This document shows positions 60,473 through 64,000 of a stretch of 64,000 nt of DNA, piece after piece (within the stretch, counting starts at the first letter, position 1; the number at the start of each line of letters is the position of its first letter). Location: the NCBI GenBank assembly GCA_965238075.1, contig OZ250173.1:1248001-1312000 (forward strand), written 5' to 3'. The notes under the pieces were generated by a model. That model searched no databases and was not told the DNA's origin. It saw nothing but the letters and a program-made list of their open reading frames with translations. The position numbers and the translations under genes are program-made. Source of the stretch: Candidatus Entotheonellaceae bacterium (GTDB lineage: Bacteria > Tectomicrobia > Entotheonellia > Entotheonellales > Entotheonellaceae).

Positions 60473-60795
60473 GAGGCGTTGTAACGCCTGCAGGGTCGGC
60501 CTACGGTATTGAATTGCAAGCTACCTTCGGTCGGCCCTGCAAGAACTGGTGGCCCTGATCGGCACTCGTCTCGAATAGGCCCCACAAGCCCGCGTTTCCC
60601 CCCACAACCAAAAACAAAGCGGCGTCGAGCGTCTTGTTGGTTATCGCGCGAGCAGCCCTCACCCCTGCATTCGACTCATCGAAGGTCTCCGGCTGATGTT
60701 CTCAGCCGCCATTTCCCACAACTGCAGAGTCGCAACCTCCAACTCCCACGACCTGATGCAGACGATCCCCACAACGCCGACGATGCCTCCCGCCC

Positions 60796-60825
60796 TGCTT
60801 GCAAATATGCTTGCATCTTGCTAGC
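60796..60825 (+). promoter_or_regulatory. putative operator/promoter of the TA operon
   Basis: Direct repeat TGCTTGCA at 60796 and 60808, immediately upstream of an RHH antitoxin gene. Confidence 0.35.
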
Positions 60826-60859
60826 GTCGAAAATATCTGAACCATCAAGGAGGAATGCT

Positions 60860-61096
60860 ATGGGCAATTTAACCATCCGCAACGTCGACGATCACGTCAT
60901 CCAGCAATTGAAGGAACAGGCAAAGGCGAACCAGCGGTCCCTTGAGGGAGAAATCCGTCACCTGCTGACCCAGCAGGTGAACCGCCTTGGCCGTGTCGCG
61001 GGCTTCCGAGAGCGGACGCGGCATCTCGTCTCCCTGACGAGTGGCACGGTCCAGACCGACAGCATCGAGTTGCTGCGCGAGGATCGTAACCGGTGA
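60860..61096 (+). CDS. FitA/StbC-like ribbon-helix-helix antitoxin
   Basis: MGNLTIRNVDD..LK..A..NQRSLEGEIR..DS.ELLREDR; AAGGAGG RBS; GTGA overlap with toxin. Confidence 0.88.
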   Translation: MGNLTIRNVDDHVIQQLKEQAKANQRSLEGEIRHLLTQQVNRLGRVAGFRERTRHLVSLTSGTVQTDSIELLREDRNR

Positions 61097-61938
61097 AGCT
61101 GACTGTCGATGCCAGCATCGCCGTCAAGTGGTTCGTGGCCGAGCCCCTGTGTGATGAAGCGCGTGCGGTGCTGGCCCGCCGCATCCAGCGGTATGCGCCC
61201 GACCTCTTGCTTGCCGAATGCGCCAATACGATCTGGAAAAAGGCGCAACGAGGGGAAATCCCGGACGCTCAACCGTACCGCGAAGAACTTGCCAGTCTCC
61301 CCGACATACTTACGCTCTATCCCGATCGTGGTCTCATCGGACGCGCCACGGAGATTGCCTTCGAGATCGGGCATCCGATTTACGATTGTCTTTACCTTGC
61401 ATGCGCCGAAGCAACGGCCTCTGTCTTGATCACCGCCGACAAACGCTTGGTGGACAAAGTTGTCGACCGATATCCGAAAGCCCGTGTACGCCACATCGGC
61501 GCCCCCGGCATCGCGGGATGGGTCGAAACGGTGGGCACCGCCCCTGTCGTCAAGCAAGACAGGGTCGAAGCCTTGATCGCCGCCTACGAGGTCTTTGCGA
61601 AAACAGAGTTAGCAGTCGTTGAGTCTCTTCCCGGGACAGCAGAGATACCTGCCACGACGTTCGACGAGAAATTGGAGCTACTCCTGGATACGCCCGCTTG
61701 GCGGCGTCTTGCCAACCTGATCAGGAAGTTGAACGACGAGGAAACGATCGATCTGCTCGCATGTGGCTGGTTCGGCGCCGCTCTGTATCCGACTTGGCGG
61801 CAAAGCTTCGAGCATGCCGAAAGGATGTTTGCGGCCCTGGATTCCAGCGACGCGGCCCACTACGGCCGTCATTGGCGGTCCGGGTACGCCCGCGTCATAG
61901 CCGAGGCGGGAGCAGCCCAATTGGAAACAGGGGCATGA
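61093..61938 (+). CDS. VapC/FitB-like PIN toxin with C-terminal DUF3775-like domain
   Basis: VDASIAVKW, AECAN, IYDCLYLA, ITADKRL (PIN acidic residues intact); extra ~140 aa with LIRKLNDEETIDLLACGWFG. Confidence 0.8.
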   Translation: MKLTVDASIAVKWFVAEPLCDEARAVLARRIQRYAPDLLLAECANTIWKKAQRGEIPDAQPYREELASLPDILTLYPDRGLIGRATEIAFEIGHPIYDCLYLACAEATASVLITADKRLVDKVVDRYPKARVRHIGAPGIAGWVETVGTAPVVKQDRVEALIAAYEVFAKTELAVVESLPGTAEIPATTFDEKLELLLDTPAWRRLANLIRKLNDEETIDLLACGWFGAALYPTWRQSFEHAERMFAALDSSDAAHYGRHWRSGYARVIAEAGAAQLETGA

Positions 61939-62364
61939 TTGGTATGAATTGAATCAACAAGTTGGTGTTGCCCCAAAGGGCAAGTTCACCGGAACAAGAA
62001 CAATCATTCTCGCCGGACCAATCTGTGGGAACCGGTCTCCACGCTATCAGAGAAGGGCCTAGGGCGATGTCTAGACACAGGATATCTGCCGCAATTTGAT
62101 CAGGATATCTGGCGGAACTGGTGAGATGGACCAAGATATGTGGCGGCGTATGTATTGAAGATTCGAGGAGCCAAAGTTGCCTATGGAGTCATGTCAACTT
62201 GTAATAACACAATGTTTGTGCTTCCTGACGCAAGGGCAGCAATCATTTCAACGAATTTTCTATTCAGAAGGCAGAAGTTAACAGAATGCCGCTTATCCGA
62301 AGTTGGTTATGAAGCGTGCTGCCAACGAAGGAATCTGGCGTGTGGGGAACCCAGACGCTGTCCA

Positions 62365-63528
62365 CTACATCAACCCGAAGCTGAGGAACCCGTCTGGGGG
62401 GAACAAGTCGTAGACGCGCCTGCCGACGAGGTCCTTCAACGTCTCGGTCGCACCACCGCCGAGCGTGCCGTAGCGCGCGCCGCGGTAGAAGTGAGAGACC
62501 GGGAATTCATCAGTGAAGCCATAGCCGCCGTGGACCTGCAGCGCGTCGCTGGTGACTTTGATGGCCATCTCGTTGACCTGCATCTTGGCGATCGCCGCAA
62601 GATAGGGATCCGGGAAGGGATCGGCCGAGGCGGCGGCGCGGTAGAGGATCGAGCGGCTCACCTCGATCTCGCGCGCCATGTCGGCGATGTGCCAGCGCAT
62701 CCCCTGCATCGTGCCGGTCGGCCGCCCCTTGATCGTGCGGTGACGCACGTATTTCACCGCTTCCTCGAAGGCCCCTTCGGCGAGACCAAGCGACACCGAG
62801 GGATTCATGCAGCGCTGGGTGTTGAAAGCGGTCAGCAGCTTTTTCATCCCGTCGCGCTCGATGATAAGGTTGTCGCGCGGAAGCTCCATGTCGCGGAACT
62901 GAATCTCGGCCAAGTTCTCGCCGCCCATGGTGTGATACCGCGCCGTCACCTCGAAGCCCGGCGTCGACGGGTCGACCAGAACGCAGCCGATGCCTTCGGC
63001 TCCAGGGACGTTGTCGACGCGGGTGAACACGATAAAGCAGTGCGCCTCGTCGGCGCGGGAGATCAGGGTCTTGGTGCCGTTCAGCACCACCGTGTCGCCC
63101 TTGATCACCGTGTTGGTCTTGTAATTGGAGACATCGGTACCAGCATGCGGCTCGGTCATGCAGATCGCCAAAATCACCTTGTTGGTGATGACGCCTGGCA
63201 GAAATTTCTCTTGGACATGCTTCGGGGCGTAATTGGCGATGATCCGGTTCTGCGCGCCCATCGCACTCATCGCCGCCATCGCGGTAACGTAGCAGACCTT
63301 GGCCACTTCCTCGAGCACCAGTACGCAGTCAAGCACCGGCAGGCCCATGCCGCCGAATTCCTCGGGCACGGCCATGCCCAGAACGCCGATCTCGGCCAGA
63401 TCGTCCAGGTTCTCATAGGGGAAGGTGCCGTCCTGCCACTTCTTGACGCGAACCTTGAATTTCTCCTGCGCCAGCTGCCGGACAGTGTCGACCATGGCGC
63501 GCTGGTCGTCGGTTAGTTCAAGCTTCAT
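62365..63528 (-). CDS. acyl-CoA dehydrogenase
   Basis: PEEFGGMG, MTEPHAGTD, NGTKTLIS, ALQVHGGYG, GGATE. Confidence 0.93.
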   Translation of the reverse strand: MKLELTDDQRAMVDTVRQLAQEKFKVRVKKWQDGTFPYENLDDLAEIGVLGMAVPEEFGGMGLPVLDCVLVLEEVAKVCYVTAMAAMSAMGAQNRIIANYAPKHVQEKFLPGVITNKVILAICMTEPHAGTDVSNYKTNTVIKGDTVVLNGTKTLISRADEAHCFIVFTRVDNVPGAEGIGCVLVDPSTPGFEVTARYHTMGGENLAEIQFRDMELPRDNLIIERDGMKKLLTAFNTQRCMNPSVSLGLAEGAFEEAVKYVRHRTIKGRPTGTMQGMRWHIADMAREIEVSRSILYRAAASADPFPDPYLAAIAKMQVNEMAIKVTSDALQVHGGYGFTDEFPVSHFYRGARYGTLGGGATETLKDLVGRRVYDLFPPDGFLSFGLM

Positions 63529-63546
63529 GTCTCTTCTTTCGTGCGT

Positions 63547-63780
63547 TCAGTCGAATACGGGTTGGCGGCGCTCCGCGAAGGCGGTGAGCCCCTCCTTGTA
63601 GTCGTCGGATTTCAGGATCTCGACGATATGGGCGCGCTCTATCTCAAGCACCTCGTCGAGCGTTTTCTCGATACCGCGGTAGACGGCATCCTTCAGCCGG
63701 GCCGCCGTGCGGCGGGACCGCATTGCAACGGTTTCCGCGAATTCCATCACGCGGTCCATGAACGCCTCTACCGGCACCAC
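63547..63780 (-). pseudogene. C-terminal fragment of an enoyl-CoA hydratase/isomerase
   Basis: VVP..SDDYKEGLTAFAERRQPVF crotonase C-terminus only; upstream sequence belongs to an unrelated toxin gene. Confidence 0.78.
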
Positions 63781-63789
63781 TGCCGCCGA

Positions 63790-64000
63790 TCAGGCAAGCC
63801 TTGAACGGTCACCACGCTGATCCCAGACACGCAGTACTTCGATTCGCTCATCAACGACTCGGTAGATGAAAGAGAACGGCGTGCGCGGGATCGAGAATTC
63901 TCGCACACCCTCCATCTCTTCGACTGGACGGCCCACCAGCGGATTATCACGGATAACGCCGCAGGTCCTGCCATACTGGTCGGCGGCGCGCTTCGCGCCA
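63790..64000 (-). CDS. RelE/ParE family toxin (5' end outside window)
   Basis: Manual translation: ..IRDNPLVGRPVEEMEGVREFSIPRTPFSFIYRVVDERIEVLRVWDQRGDRSRLA*. Confidence 0.8.
   Translation of the reverse strand, partial: GAKRAADQYGRTCGVIRDNPLVGRPVEEMEGVREFSIPRTPFSFIYRVVDERIEVLRVWDQRGDRSRLA

Noticed and set aside
62078..62148. Three imperfect CAGGATATCTGGCGG-like direct repeats in an AT-richer spacer
   Set aside because: Irregular spacing (23 and 31 bp) and degenerate; cannot be distinguished from chance or a decayed gene

Overview
GC-rich chromosomal window from a diderm bacterium: it carries a complete tolQRAB-pal-cpoB operon. The gene mix (many SDRs and acyl-CoA dehydrogenases, orphan solute-binding proteins, PQQ dehydrogenase, family-B polymerase, REP-like palindromes) recalls Candidatus Tectomicrobia/Entotheonella-like organisms, but that placement is inference only. 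Housekeeping genes (metG, rarA, tol-pal, pilT, greA, mutM, pyrE, dus, polB) are intact. Accessory patches between them include (i) a sigma54-driven narK-nirBD-[FeS/DmsC fusion]-nitrate reductase cluster. Its architecture suggests a membrane (quinol)-linked cytoplasmic nitrate reductase, and it appears to be decaying (three frameshifts, a repeat-mediated Rieske deletion, loss of the conserved NarK TM8 Arg). The other patches are (ii) an ABC-type ATPase + TOPRIM-like two-gene candidate defence module, (iii) a FitA-like antitoxin + PIN toxin with a DUF3775-like C-terminal fusion, (iv) a transposase-less ~730 bp element with terminal inverted repeats carrying a modular RFDAQDK-repeat membrane protein, (v) a PQQ dehydrogenase with the lanthanide-type extra Asp, and (vi) several toxin-antitoxin remnants and GTAG- and CGTC-type REP elements. 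No rRNA, tRNA or CRISPR array was seen. All family assignments come from motif recognition by eye, not from database searches.
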